DNA from: a virus
Lineage: Duplodnaviria; Caudoviricetes
Direction: 5' to 3' (one strand)
DNA: 57,928 nt
Virus record (IMG/VR): IMGVR_UViG_3300038312_000096
Span: 1 to 57,928 of that record
Positions 7,602 through 17,030 of this stretch are shown here, in pieces. A program made the translations under genes and the position numbers. How positions within the stretch are numbered: the stretch's first letter is position 1; every line of letters starts with the position of its first letter. The notes under the pieces are model-generated. The model saw nothing but the letters and a program-made list of their open reading frames with translations, did no database searches and had not been told where the DNA came from.

Positions 7602-8001
7602 AGATTTGAAGAAAGACCTCGAACTTTGTAACAAAGCTACCAAAGGTCCTTGGTACACCGGGGGAATAGACGGAGTACCCAACCGACTTATAGCAACTAC
7701 CTCTTTCTTCGGTGGTGGCAAGGTATACACCAGAGGGCAAGATGCTAGTCCCGGAGCGGATGCAGAGTTTATCGCAGCTGCAAGGGAAGGGTGGCCAGAA
7801 GCGATAGAGAGGGCTATGAGGGCAGAGAAAGCGCTAGAAATAGCTTGCGTTATTCTTGCTGATATTGCAGACAACTGTGCCTTTGACCTCTCCGTCGTGT
7901 GTCGCCAAAACAGTGACTGCGACAAAGACCCCTCGAAGTGTCACCAAGAGTATTTTTTAGAGTTAGCAAGTGAGCTAGAGAGGGAGGATTTAAATGCTTA
8001 A
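7594..8001 (+). CDS. Ead/Ea22-like protein
   Basis: KATKGPW and DAEFIAAAR motifs. Confidence 0.6.
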   Translation: MPRDLKKDLELCNKATKGPWYTGGIDGVPNRLIATTSFFGGGKVYTRGQDASPGADAEFIAAAREGWPEAIERAMRAEKALEIACVILADIADNCAFDLSVVCRQNSDCDKDPSKCHQEYFLELASELEREDLNA

Positions 8002-8245
8002 ACGCTTAGGGCTTCTCCTTCTTCTTTCGCTATTGCTACTGGCAATCTTTTCCAGCACCGCAAAAACAACCTACACCGAGACTGTAACACACGTTGTCGC
8101 ATCTAACGAAACTTTGTGGAGCATAGCGAAGAGTTACAACCCAAACAAAGACATTAGACGAGTAGTTGACGAGATACGGAAGATTAATAATTGTTCGGCG
8201 TTGATACGTATAGGGCAGGAGCTGGAAGTGCCGGTGTGGAGGTGA
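7994..8245 (+). CDS. Membrane-anchored LysM protein (YneA-like)
   Basis: Hydrophobic N-terminus; HVVASNETLWSIA..IRIGQELEVP. Confidence 0.8.
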   Translation: MLKRLGLLLLLSLLLLAIFSSTAKTTYTETVTHVVASNETLWSIAKSYNPNKDIRRVVDEIRKINNCSALIRIGQELEVPVWR

Positions 8246-8249
8246 GGGA

Positions 8250-9166
8250 GTGAAGTTTTTAGACTTCTTCGCAGGTATTGGCGGCTTCCGTCTAGGTATG
8301 GAAATGGCAGGTCATGAGTGCGTAGGTCACTGCGAGATAGATAAGTTTGCTCAAGCTAGTTATACCGCTATGCACAACCCAAAAGAAAGTGAGTGGTTTG
8401 CCGATGACGTCACAACAGTTGACCCTTCTGAATTGCCCGAAGCAGACTGCTGCTGTGGAGGATTTCCGTGTCAGAGCTTTAGCGTTGCTGGAAAGCGGGG
8501 GGGTTCGAGGACACACGAGGCACTTTATTTTTTGAAATCATGCGGTTGGCAAAAGTACGAAACCCTAAATATATTTTCCTTGAGAACGTCAAAGGACTTC
8601 TTTCCCACGATGGAGGACAAACTTTCGGAACAATCCTCTCAACTTTGGGGGAATGTGGGGATGATGTCGAATGGCAGGTGCTTAACAGCAAAGATTTTGG
8701 AGTTCCCCAAAATAGAAAAAGAGTGTTCATTATCGGACATCTTAGAGGGAGAAGTAGACCAAAAGTATTTCCTATCACAGAAACAAGCAATGCAACTCTT
8801 AAGCAACTTGTTGGAGGAAGCCAAGGATACAGAGTGTATGACCCGAGCGGAGTAAGTTGCACCCTAGCAAGTGAAGCTGGTGATATGGGAGCTAAAACAG
8901 GTCTATATTTCGTTAACCAGCCTCGATACGGTAAATATCAAGGAAGCAAAACAAGCCAGACAATTAGAGTTGGTGGAGATATACCATTAGTTCTGGAATC
9001 ATCTTTTGTAAGACGCCTTACCCCCAAAGAGTGCTTCCGCTTGCAAGGCTTTCCCGACGAATATTTCGAGCGAGCTAAAGCGGTTAATAGCGATAGCCAA
9101 CTCTACAAGCAAGCAGGCAATTCCGTTACTGTAAACGTGATATATGAGATTGCTAAGAGATTGTGA
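8250..9166 (+). CDS. DNA (cytosine-5) methyltransferase, frameshifted at a G7 tract (8497-8503)
   Basis: FAGIGG and GFPCQ in one frame; ENVKGL, PQNRKRVFI, RLQGF and QAGNSV in another; one extra G restores KRGGFEDTRGTLF. Confidence 0.88.
8610..8855 (+). CDS. Alternative-frame peptide nested in the methyltransferase (possible beta subunit)
   Basis: Open overlapping frame with ECSLSDILE..VDQKYFLS; start codon uncertain. Confidence 0.5.
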   Translation: MEDKLSEQSSQLWGNVGMMSNGRCLTAKILEFPKIEKECSLSDILEGEVDQKYFLSQKQAMQLLSNLLEEAKDTECMTRAE

Positions 9167-9175
9167 GGTGAAAGC

Positions 9176-9973
9176 ATGGCAATTATACGAGTAGAGAAGC
9201 AACGGAACTTTGTCGCAATAGACAAAACTTGCCTAGAGGACGATCGACTTAGTTTCAAGGCAAAAGGTTTACACTCTTACTTGATGAGCCGCCCCGACAA
9301 TTGGAAACCTATCTTGGAACAATTATCGACAGTTAGCAAGGACAAGCAAGCATCAGTAAGGGCTGGGATGAAGGAGCTCGAAGACTGTGGCTATATTATC
9401 AGAAGACCAGTAAAAGATAATGGCAAAATAGTCGAATGGGAACACATTGTATATGAAAAACCACAAAAGCCCAGCTTGAGTCCACAAGTTGGTTTTCCAC
9501 AAGTGGAAATCCCACAAGTGGAAATCCCACAAGTGGAAAATCGAAGACTAATAAGTAATGAAGTAATAAATAATGATCTAATAAGTAATGAAGTAATAAA
9601 CCTCCTATCTGCTGCCGCAGACGACCCCCCACCAAAATATGATACAGACTCAGAACCCTATAAGCTAGCACATTACCTCAGAGAGCAAATCCTCTTACGT
9701 GACCCACAAACCAAAGTGCCTGCTAATACTTTAGAAGCTTTGCAATCTTGGTCGAAAGACGCCGATCGAATGATTAGACTAGACCACAGAGACTTTGCAG
9801 AGGCTAAAGAGCTTATTAAATGGTGTCAGCAAGATTCCTTCTGGAGTTCCAACATTTTAAGCATGGCGACCTTCAGAAAACAGTATGACAAACTCAAGAG
9901 GCAGAGTGGAGGGAAGAAGAAGTATGACCCAACAGCAGTCGATTGGGAAGCAGAAGCAGCAAAATACCTGTAA
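9176..9973 (+). CDS. Phage replication initiator
   Basis: LSFKAKGL..YLMSRPDNW N-terminus; internal iterons; precedes the DnaC-like loader. Confidence 0.85.
   Translation: MAIIRVEKQRNFVAIDKTCLEDDRLSFKAKGLHSYLMSRPDNWKPILEQLSTVSKDKQASVRAGMKELEDCGYIIRRPVKDNGKIVEWEHIVYEKPQKPSLSPQVGFPQVEIPQVEIPQVENRRLISNEVINNDLISNEVINLLSAAADDPPPKYDTDSEPYKLAHYLREQILLRDPQTKVPANTLEALQSWSKDADRMIRLDHRDFAEAKELIKWCQQDSFWSSNILSMATFRKQYDKLKRQSGGKKKYDPTAVDWEAEAAKYL
9482..9600 (+). repeat. Lytic origin: four 15-bp iterons plus two AT-rich repeats
   Basis: CCACAAGT(G/T)G core four times at 15-bp period; CTAATAAGTAATGAAGTAATAAA twice. Confidence 0.85.
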
Positions 9974-10715
9974 TAAAGCCGGGACATGCCTAAACGGCAG
10001 ATACACGGATGAATGTAAAGACTACAACATGCTACCAGCTAAAGAGTATACGGAATATATGGAAGCAATAAAGAACGGTACTGCACTAGACGGATATAAA
10101 ACATGCCCAAGATGGGAGCTACCTGCTTACTCACTGAATAGTTGCCCCAAGAAAAGCAATAACTGGCAGTATAAGCTAAGGCAAGCAGATATACCTGCTA
10201 GATACGAGTTCGCTAATAGAGGAGTAACGCAAGATTCTAAAAGCTGGCTAGCGTTGAATCAGTACATGGACACTCTCGAAGAAAATATGGACAGCGGACA
10301 AGGGTTGTTGATGTTTGGTAGTTTCGGCACAGGAAAAACCACAGCGGCGGTTGTTGTGGCACAAGAAGCTATAAGTAAAGGCTACTCTGTTAAATTTCTC
10401 GGTGTCGACTACCTAACGGCCGAACTAAGAGGTATGCAGTACGAGCAGGCGGCGATCTTTAGAAACGAGCTAGCAGAGAAAGACTTAATCATCTTAGACG
10501 GCCTAGAGGCAGACGCAGATGGGAAGTGGCTATTAGAAGAAGTTGGAGCAATTATCGCACGTCGATATGACAACAGAAAATCGATAATTGTCACCACTAA
10601 CAGCACTCCAGAGCAGCTAAAAAGCAGCTCCCTACCGCAAAGATACATTGTGAGAATCCTGCACGCCTGTAAAGTCATTCCAATAGTTGGGAAGAATTGG
10701 AGGGAAGGGGTATGA
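9924..10715 (+). CDS. DnaC/IstB-like helicase loader ATPase
   Basis: Walker A GSFGTGKT; DLIILD; IVTTN; RBS GGAGGG before ATG 9924. Confidence 0.88.
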   Translation: MTQQQSIGKQKQQNTCNKAGTCLNGRYTDECKDYNMLPAKEYTEYMEAIKNGTALDGYKTCPRWELPAYSLNSCPKKSNNWQYKLRQADIPARYEFANRGVTQDSKSWLALNQYMDTLEENMDSGQGLLMFGSFGTGKTTAAVVVAQEAISKGYSVKFLGVDYLTAELRGMQYEQAAIFRNELAEKDLIILDGLEADADGKWLLEEVGAIIARRYDNRKSIIVTTNSTPEQLKSSSLPQRYIVRILHACKVIPIVGKNWREGV

Positions 10716-11419
10716 AGTACGATCTTGACGATGAAACGGTAATCCTTAAAGCCCAGACCAATCCTTCTTTTATTGAAGAACTACTCCCCACACTAGAAGC
10801 AATCATAATGTCGGCAACTAAGCAGGTTGTCCCTACCGCACACTATAACGATGAAGATATAATGCAAGATGGTATGGTGGCGGCTATTGAAGCAATATAT
10901 AAATATAAGCCAGGTAGGACTGATTGCATTGCCAAATACATTTGGGTAAGCGTAGCCAACAGAGTGTGGTACGAAGCGGGCAGTGCTAACGCTGTATTGA
11001 AAATCGGCAAAGGTAATCAGCATAAATATTATAGAGCAAAAAAAGAAATAAGAAAAAATCCAAACATAACAAAAAAAGAACTAATGCAACTAGACATAGC
11101 AGAATCAATAGCAGTAAGCGCTCTTATGGAAATGGATAAACTTGTGTCAATGGATAAAGAATATACAGAAAATGGGGAAAATATGTATGGGTTAGTCAGA
11201 AATAATACTAATATAGAGAGCAGAGCATTGACCAATGTGGCATTTTGCAAATGGGCAAAATCATTAACAGAAACTGAAAAATATTATATAAACGGAAGCT
11301 TGCGCGGAATGACATATAAAGAGATGGCAGAAGAAAGAGGGGTTACTCCTTCGGCACCAGAGATGTGTAGGTTAAGGGCAAAGGCAAGGCTTAAAAAAGA
11401 GTTAGGAGTGATAGCGTGA
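10712..11419 (+). CDS. Sigma-70-family sigma factor
   Basis: EDIMQDGMVAAIEAIYKY region 2; C-terminal HTH MTYKEMAEERGVT. Confidence 0.75.
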   Translation: MKYDLDDETVILKAQTNPSFIEELLPTLEAIIMSATKQVVPTAHYNDEDIMQDGMVAAIEAIYKYKPGRTDCIAKYIWVSVANRVWYEAGSANAVLKIGKGNQHKYYRAKKEIRKNPNITKKELMQLDIAESIAVSALMEMDKLVSMDKEYTENGENMYGLVRNNTNIESRALTNVAFCKWAKSLTETEKYYINGSLRGMTYKEMAEERGVTPSAPEMCRLRAKARLKKELGVIA

Positions 11420-11784
11420 ACAAGGTTATTTTAATCGGAAGACTGACACGTGACCCCGAACTAAAACACACACCTAACGGAACAGCCACAACCAATTTCA
11501 CTCTAGCAGTAGACAGACCATTCAAAAACCAACAAGGCGAGAGGGAAACAGACTTTATCGACTGTGTCGCATGGAGGAAACTGGCCGAAACTATAGCAAA
11601 CAACCTCAAGAAAGGCAAGCTTATCGCAACAGAAGGTAGATTGCAAAAGAGAAGCTACGAAGCAAAAGAGGGCGGGAAAAGGTGGGTTACAGAAGTAATC
11701 GTTGATAACGTGCAATTCTTAGAGAAAAAGGATGCGGAAGAACAAGGGCAACCAGAGGGTAGTTTAGAAGAAGTTCCTTTTTAA
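11416..11784 (+). CDS. ssb: Single-stranded DNA-binding protein
   Basis: NKVILIGRLTRDPEL; acidic C-terminus EEVPF. Confidence 0.95.
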   Translation: MNKVILIGRLTRDPELKHTPNGTATTNFTLAVDRPFKNQQGERETDFIDCVAWRKLAETIANNLKKGKLIATEGRLQKRSYEAKEGGKRWVTEVIVDNVQFLEKKDAEEQGQPEGSLEEVPF

Positions 11785-11857
11785 TAGCGGGGGAGGGCAA
11801 ACACCTCCCCAATATATTATATGCACGTAAAAAATATTTATGCAAGGAGGCAAAAGA

Positions 11858-12046
11858 ATGATAGCGTTAGCTTTAGTCACTTTTGTGTTGGTAATAGGCT
11901 CCTACCTACTTGGATATAGTCACGGCGACTCTTCTGGCGAATGGCGAGGATGGTGCTGGGGATATGACAAGGGGCAGAACGATGCTAAAAATGGCGTTAT
12001 ATTCGATTATGAGAAGAACGAGTTAAGACGCAAGGAGGACAAGTAG
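11858..12046 (+). CDS. Small membrane protein
   Basis: AGGAGG RBS; hydrophobic N-terminus. Confidence 0.6.
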   Translation: MIALALVTFVLVIGSYLLGYSHGDSSGEWRGWCWGYDKGQNDAKNGVIFDYEKNELRRKEDK

Positions 12047-12406
12047 ATGCCCTACGGAATCGTTGCTAACCACACAGTCGCTTACGTCGCAGGTCCTTAC
12101 AGGAATTCGCCAGAAGGCAAGGAGCGAGCAAAGCGACTAGCTAAAGTGCTTTGGCGACAAGGGTACGCAGTAATCTGCCCTCACACCAACTCGCTAGACT
12201 TCGAAATAGACATACCCAACGACAAGCTATTCCTAGACGGATACTTAGAGTTACTGACGAGATGTGATGTTATGTATGTTATCGAGGGGTGGAGGGACAG
12301 TGAGGGAACGATGGCAGAGATAGAGCTGGCAGAGAAGTTAGGTATACCCGTAGAGTATGTGAGGGAAACAAGAAATGGAGTCTTCGCTAGTGCGAATCTA
12401 TGCTGA
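12047..12406 (+). CDS. DUF4406/nucleoside deoxyribosyltransferase-like protein
   Basis: YVAGPY, PHTN, CD.MY..GW.DSEG..E...A. Confidence 0.75.
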   Translation: MPYGIVANHTVAYVAGPYRNSPEGKERAKRLAKVLWRQGYAVICPHTNSLDFEIDIPNDKLFLDGYLELLTRCDVMYVIEGWRDSEGTMAEIELAEKLGIPVEYVRETRNGVFASANLC

Positions 12407-12420
12407 AAGGAGAGCAACAA

Positions 12421-12654
12421 ATGAAAATGGATAACCTGCATGTAGCATGTGGACCTATAAATGGAGCGATATACATTGCTAAAGCAAACCCTAAAATGTC
12501 AAAAGGCAACTTGATTGTAGCTGATGACATGATCGACAGGACAGACCAAGTCATCGAGGCAGTAATGATGCACATGGACAAGCAAATAAAAGAAGGCGAT
12601 AACGCACTGGAGATAATTCACCCTAACGGCAAGCTTATATGGGAAAGGAAATGA
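12421..12654 (+). CDS. Hypothetical protein
   Basis: AAGGAG RBS; in operon. Confidence 0.6.
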   Translation: MKMDNLHVACGPINGAIYIAKANPKMSKGNLIVADDMIDRTDQVIEAVMMHMDKQIKEGDNALEIIHPNGKLIWERK

Positions 12655-13064
12655 TTGTATCTTTCACAGTCCCCGGCAAGCCCCATGGGAAGGGTAGAGC
12701 AAGATTCGCAAATGGACACGCTTACACCGATAAAAAGACGAGAGAATATGAAGAATTCGTTGGTTATTGCTACTTAGCAGCTGGCAACAAAATACTAAGC
12801 GGCGACATTAAACTATCCATTAGAGCTTACTACCACATACCTAAGACCATCAATAAAGAAAAAGTTGACGAAAAGACAAAGCAAAAGATGTTAAAAGGAG
12901 AAATAAAGCCCGGCAAACCAGACCTCTCTAACGTAGTTAAAGCGATAGAAGATGGCTTAAACCAAGTGGCCTACGAAGACGATAGTTGCATAACGGACTA
13001 CGGAGAGTCTTTCAAGCGGTACAGCGACAAGCCAAGAGTGGAGGTAACCTTGGAGGTGATCTAG
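12651..13064 (+). CDS. rusA: RusA-like Holliday junction resolvase
   Basis: PGKPHGKGRARF; KPDLSNVVKAIEDGLN..AYEDD. Confidence 0.88.
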   Translation: MIVSFTVPGKPHGKGRARFANGHAYTDKKTREYEEFVGYCYLAAGNKILSGDIKLSIRAYYHIPKTINKEKVDEKTKQKMLKGEIKPGKPDLSNVVKAIEDGLNQVAYEDDSCITDYGESFKRYSDKPRVEVTLEVI

Positions 13065-13354
13065 TGCAGGAACTAGCAGAGCAGTATAGACAATCATGCA
13101 AAGTTATCCGCAAATGCTTACGGAGAGCGAACGAATACGACCGCCCACACCTCTTATCTGCCCTTATCGAGTGTAACACCCTAGCCTCCCTCGCAGACAA
13201 TTATTATGACAGGTCCTATCGACCACCTAGAGCGTACTCAATGTCCCAATGTCACAACCGTTCACCAAAATTCACCTTCTCCTATGCAGTAGAATCCAGA
13301 ATAATCGATGCAGTACACAAGGGGGTGAGCGCTCTTGATGAGCTAGGGCTATGA
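13064..13354 (+). CDS. Hypothetical protein coupled to the sigma region-4 gene
   Basis: GGAGGTG RBS; GTG start. Confidence 0.65.
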   Translation: MQELAEQYRQSCKVIRKCLRRANEYDRPHLLSALIECNTLASLADNYYDRSYRPPRAYSMSQCHNRSPKFTFSYAVESRIIDAVHKGVSALDELGL

Positions 13355-13650
13355 GAGAGAAACCTTTTTCGCCAGAGATGATGGCGACGCTGGGATTAGT
13401 AGCTGGCTTGGACGGTCGAGAGTTGGAAGGAAATTCCAATTCCGATTATGTAAACACACTTAGAGAAGCGCTCCCAAAGGCGATGGAAGAACTGACTGAG
13501 AGGCAGAGGGAAGTTGTCATCTTGTACTACTGGGAGCAAATGACGCAGGAAGAAATTGCAGTTAGACTAAAATTAACACAGCCCACAGTAAACGAACACT
13601 TAAACAGAGCGATAAATAATTTACGAGAAAACATCGAAAAACACCTATAA
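13351..13650 (+). CDS. Sigma-70 region-4 HTH protein (probable late regulator)
   Basis: LTERQREVVILYY..MTQEEIA..L..TQPTV. Confidence 0.8.
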   Translation: MREKPFSPEMMATLGLVAGLDGRELEGNSNSDYVNTLREALPKAMEELTERQREVVILYYWEQMTQEEIAVRLKLTQPTVNEHLNRAINNLRENIEKHL

Positions 13651-13795
13651 TTTCCCGACCTGTCACAGTATATAGGAGATAATATAAGTTAATGCCAAAA
13701 TTTACCCATTATATCATAACACCATAGGCCCCACGAGGGCAACCCCTCCTCTCTTTATAGGCAGGTCACCTAGATGCGGGGTGGCTTGCCACCTA

Positions 13796-13869
13796 GCCTC
13801 TTTAGTTTAACGGTAGAATAACTGCCTTGTAAGCAGTGGGTGTGGGTTCAATTCCTACAAGAGGCTCCA
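13796..13869 (+). tRNA. tRNA-Thr(TGT) with encoded CCA
   Basis: Acceptor GCCTCTT/AAGAGGC; anticodon arm ACTGC-CTTGTAA-GCAGT; T loop TTCAATT. Confidence 0.92.
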
Positions 13870-13891
13870 CCTTCTCACTAGGAGGTATCAC

Positions 13892-15223
13892 ATGGACTGG
13901 AACGAGATAAAAAACAATCCTGATAAATTACAGGATGCTATCGATAAATACGGTGTCCGAGGGTTAGCAAGGAAAGTGGGCGTTTCTCACCCCACCGTCT
14001 TGAACTACCTCAAAAAGGAAGGGCAAGAGGAAGTTAAGCCTGCCTACGAGAAAACACCGACCGGCTATGTAGTCTATTATGGCAAGAAGTACAAAGTGGC
14101 GATAAGTGAAGAGCAACTAGAAGAACTCCTAAGTTTGTACTGCGTAGCTAAACTAACGTTAAACCAGGTAGCGTTAAAAACAGGGTTTACTCGCAAAGAA
14201 GTCTATGCAATCAAGACCGCTTTTTCTATCACAAAAGATTCTCAACCATTCACCCCCGAGCAAGTTAACGCACTTGAGCCAGAGGAAATCGCCGAAAGAA
14301 TACGCATTAAGAAACTGAGATATTCCCTGCAAATATACGAAGCCAATAAATATGCTGATATTGAAACAAGAGTCAAGCAGATGGATAAGGCACACTTCTG
14401 GTATTCTGAGCTCTGCAGGAGTGTTAATAAAATCACACCTAAGCCATACAAGTTAGCCAAGAGAGATGAAGGCGAAACAATTACAGTAGCTTACGTTGCA
14501 GACGTGCACGCAGGGCTAGAGGTGGACAACTATTTCAACAGATACAACATTGACATCATGCACGAACGCTTCGCAGAACTCGCCTCTGAACTAGCTTGTA
14601 GTCAAAGCGAAGAGATTATCATATGCGACCTAGGGGACACGGTACACGGAATCATACACGGAAGCGTTCAGAAATACTCAACATGGGTAACAGACGCTAC
14701 GACTGAGGTCATTAAAGCGTACGAACAATTATTCCTCTCTCTTTTAGAGCAAGGTTATAAAGTTTCGTTTGCCAAAGTGAATGGTTCGCATGAGAGCATA
14801 GAAAAGGTTAAGACCGATAGAACAGAGGAAGAAAACTTAGGCAACTTCATTTACGACATGCTGAAATGGAAGTATTCAGAGTTTGAGAATCTAGTATTTA
14901 TTGACAAAATACACGGCTTAAACGCAACCATAATCCCTATATATAACTACAGTGCGTTATTGATACACGGCGACAACAATTCGCTAAACATGATAAAAGA
15001 CGCCGACCGTGTATTTAGAGGATATAACATCAAAGAAGTAAACGCAGGACACATACACCACCGAAAAGTGGAGGATATGAACGGCTTAGAAGTACATTTT
15101 AACGAAGCTTTTTGTGGAACAGACCAGTACGCAGGAAATAAACTGCTGGATTCTGAGCGCGGGACTAGAATCGTAACATACACAAGAGAGGGCAGAGAAT
15201 CCGAGAGGTTAGCAAGATACTAG
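13892..15223 (+). CDS. HTH plus calcineurin-like metallophosphoesterase
   Basis: N-terminal GVRGLARKVGVSHPTV; D.H (ADVHAG), GD, GSHE, HGD, GHIHH. Confidence 0.8.
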   Translation: MDWNEIKNNPDKLQDAIDKYGVRGLARKVGVSHPTVLNYLKKEGQEEVKPAYEKTPTGYVVYYGKKYKVAISEEQLEELLSLYCVAKLTLNQVALKTGFTRKEVYAIKTAFSITKDSQPFTPEQVNALEPEEIAERIRIKKLRYSLQIYEANKYADIETRVKQMDKAHFWYSELCRSVNKITPKPYKLAKRDEGETITVAYVADVHAGLEVDNYFNRYNIDIMHERFAELASELACSQSEEIIICDLGDTVHGIIHGSVQKYSTWVTDATTEVIKAYEQLFLSLLEQGYKVSFAKVNGSHESIEKVKTDRTEEENLGNFIYDMLKWKYSEFENLVFIDKIHGLNATIIPIYNYSALLIHGDNNSLNMIKDADRVFRGYNIKEVNAGHIHHRKVEDMNGLEVHFNEAFCGTDQYAGNKLLDSERGTRIVTYTREGRESERLARY

Positions 15224-15234
15224 GAGGGGATTCT

Positions 15235-15678
15235 GTGAAGTGTAGACACTGCAACTCTGACTTAGAGCGACAAGGAAAGCTTGCGACAGGTGGCACTCTT
15301 TTCGTATGCCCCAACTGCAAGAGATACCACGAGGGGACAGAGGAACCAGACCTCTCTCCCAACGCACCCACCATCACGAACGAACAAGGCGGTATGCAGT
15401 CCCATGTCCCTTTCGCCTTTCATCTACTAGACGCTAACGCCACAATGGCTATTGCGCGAGTATTCGCAGAAGGAGCATCTAAGTACGCACGAGATAATTG
15501 GCGACTAATAACCTGCGAAGAACATATCAACCACGCACTCACGCACTTATTCGCAGCACTTGCAGGAGACAAGCAAGACGAACACTTAGAACACGCAGGG
15601 GCAAGAATGATAATGGCTATAGCTACTCAGAAAGATGGAAGCTTGGAGAGGAGACTGGAGTATGTTTCCAAAGTTTAG
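15235..15678 (+). CDS. Zn-ribbon plus dATP/dGTP diphosphohydrolase-like (DUF5664) protein
   Basis: CxxC..CxxC; EGASKYARDNWR..H..HL......HLEHA. Confidence 0.75.
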   Translation: MKCRHCNSDLERQGKLATGGTLFVCPNCKRYHEGTEEPDLSPNAPTITNEQGGMQSHVPFAFHLLDANATMAIARVFAEGASKYARDNWRLITCEEHINHALTHLFAALAGDKQDEHLEHAGARMIMAIATQKDGSLERRLEYVSKV

Positions 15679-16090
15679 AGCCTGGTGCAAGCACACAACA
15701 GGTGAAGGATGGTTTATGTGCAGAGAAGTACGCTGGCTAAACCTAGAAACACAAACAATATGTACAGAGAGTGGAATGCAACCCAGCGAGTTTGTGCTTA
15801 TGCAATATACAGGAGTCAATGACTGCAAGCGAACCGATAAATATCCCGAAGGACAACCTATTTATGATGGCGACATTGTGATTGTCAACTATGGCATGAA
15901 GGATAGACAAGGGAATATAATAAACGAGCAAAATTGCGAAGACCGGTTAGCAGTCATTGTGTTTGAAGATGGCATGTTCACTCATGGATGGTGCGAACCA
16001 GATTTAGACGGCGACCTCTTGTTGGTGGTGGGGAACATATACGAAAACAGAGATTTGCTTAAATGGCCTACCCTAAACCCCGACGAGTAG
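15662..16090 (+). CDS. YopX-family protein
   Basis: PKFRAW; LMQYTG; IYDGDIV; VVGNIYEN. Confidence 0.85.
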   Translation: MFPKFRAWCKHTTGEGWFMCREVRWLNLETQTICTESGMQPSEFVLMQYTGVNDCKRTDKYPEGQPIYDGDIVIVNYGMKDRQGNIINEQNCEDRLAVIVFEDGMFTHGWCEPDLDGDLLLVVGNIYENRDLLKWPTLNPDE

Positions 16091-16302
16091 TCGATAAAAA
16101 AGCGATCGAAGAAGCACGCAAACCCTACTGCGAGCTATGCGGTTGCAGAGACGGCATACAAGTACACCACATTAAATCGAAGGGTAGCGGTGGAGGGGAC
16201 ACGCCAGAGAACCTCATATCGTTGTGCTGGGTGTGCCACCGAAAGGTGCACGATGGATTGATAAAGAGAGAGACTTTGAGGAGGGGAGAGAATGAAATTT
16301 AA
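16063..16302 (+). CDS. HNH endonuclease
   Basis: CELCG, HHIKS, NLISLCWVCHRKVH. Confidence 0.85.
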   Translation: MAYPKPRRVVDKKAIEEARKPYCELCGCRDGIQVHHIKSKGSGGGDTPENLISLCWVCHRKVHDGLIKRETLRRGENEI

Positions 16303-16450
16303 GTGGCCCGATTGCCCTGAATGCAAAAGAGATCTAACTGCACATATAGGGCATTACACAACCGACAAGGGCAAAAAAATGCTTTGCTATGTATGTGCTC
16401 TTTGCGGAAAGATGTTTGAAGAGGAAAAACAAGAGGAGGGTGCTAGATGA
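16292..16450 (+). CDS. Small Zn-ribbon protein (52 aa; not in ORF track)
   Basis: CPEC..CALCG; GGAGGGG RBS; ATGA overlap with the next gene. Confidence 0.65.
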   Translation: MKFKWPDCPECKRDLTAHIGHYTTDKGKKMLCYVCALCGKMFEEEKQEEGAR

Positions 16451-16833
16451 AGAAATATCTACTAGTAATATTGGTTGTACTAACGTTCTTCTTTAGCGGA
16501 TGCTGGCGGGAGAGCGAAAGAGTGGCGTATAACATTTCAAAAGAGGCTGATAACTTCAACGTCACACGTAGACTAGCAGTAATTAATGCTAGAACAGATA
16601 AGCCTATCTTTGAATTAGTTGGCAATTTTTCGCTTCAAAATAACTCGTCAAATGAATTAGAAGTAATTTGCGAAGTAGGTAATGGGGTATATAAGAAGCA
16701 TTTTATATACCTTAACGAATGGACTATATACGTAGTAGAAGATGTGAGTGGGGCATACGTAAGTAAGTATCACTACGAAGTAAACTTCCTGCCAGAAATG
16801 ATTAAACCTATAACCTTTACGCTTAAAGATTAG
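16447..16833 (+). CDS. Phage lipoprotein
   Basis: Lipobox FFSGC after a hydrophobic leader. Confidence 0.75.
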   Translation: MKKYLLVILVVLTFFFSGCWRESERVAYNISKEADNFNVTRRLAVINARTDKPIFELVGNFSLQNNSSNELEVICEVGNGVYKKHFIYLNEWTIYVVEDVSGAYVSKYHYEVNFLPEMIKPITFTLKD

Positions 16834-16845
16834 GAGGGGTAGAGA

Positions 16846-17028
16846 ATGAACTGTCACATATGCCAGGGTAAATTGATGGATATATCAGTTAACCCAGACC
16901 AGGAAACAAGGGTAATCTGCGAAGAGTGCGGCACAATAGTTGTCACGCCACATACAGACAAGTGGAAAGACCTCTTGGCAATAGCTAAGCTTTTTAACCA
17001 TGTTAAAGAAGCAAAACGAGGAGGCTAA
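16846..17028 (+). CDS. Small Zn-ribbon protein
   Basis: CHIC..CEECG. Confidence 0.65.
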   Translation: MNCHICQGKLMDISVNPDQETRVICEECGTIVVTPHTDKWKDLLAIAKLFNHVKEAKRGG

Positions 17029-17030
17029 CA

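Noticed and set aside
9482-9600. CRISPR-like arrays (also 48548-48686 and 41673-41704)
   Set aside because: Tandem repeats without unique spacers; better explained as iterons and integrase arm sites; no cas genes
12521-12560. Second hammerhead at CTGATGA
   Set aside because: Inside a CDS, with no matching GAAA or stems
15235-15678. Z-genome or deazaguanine modification pathway
   Set aside because: No PurZ, Que/Dpd enzymes or dedicated polymerase in the window
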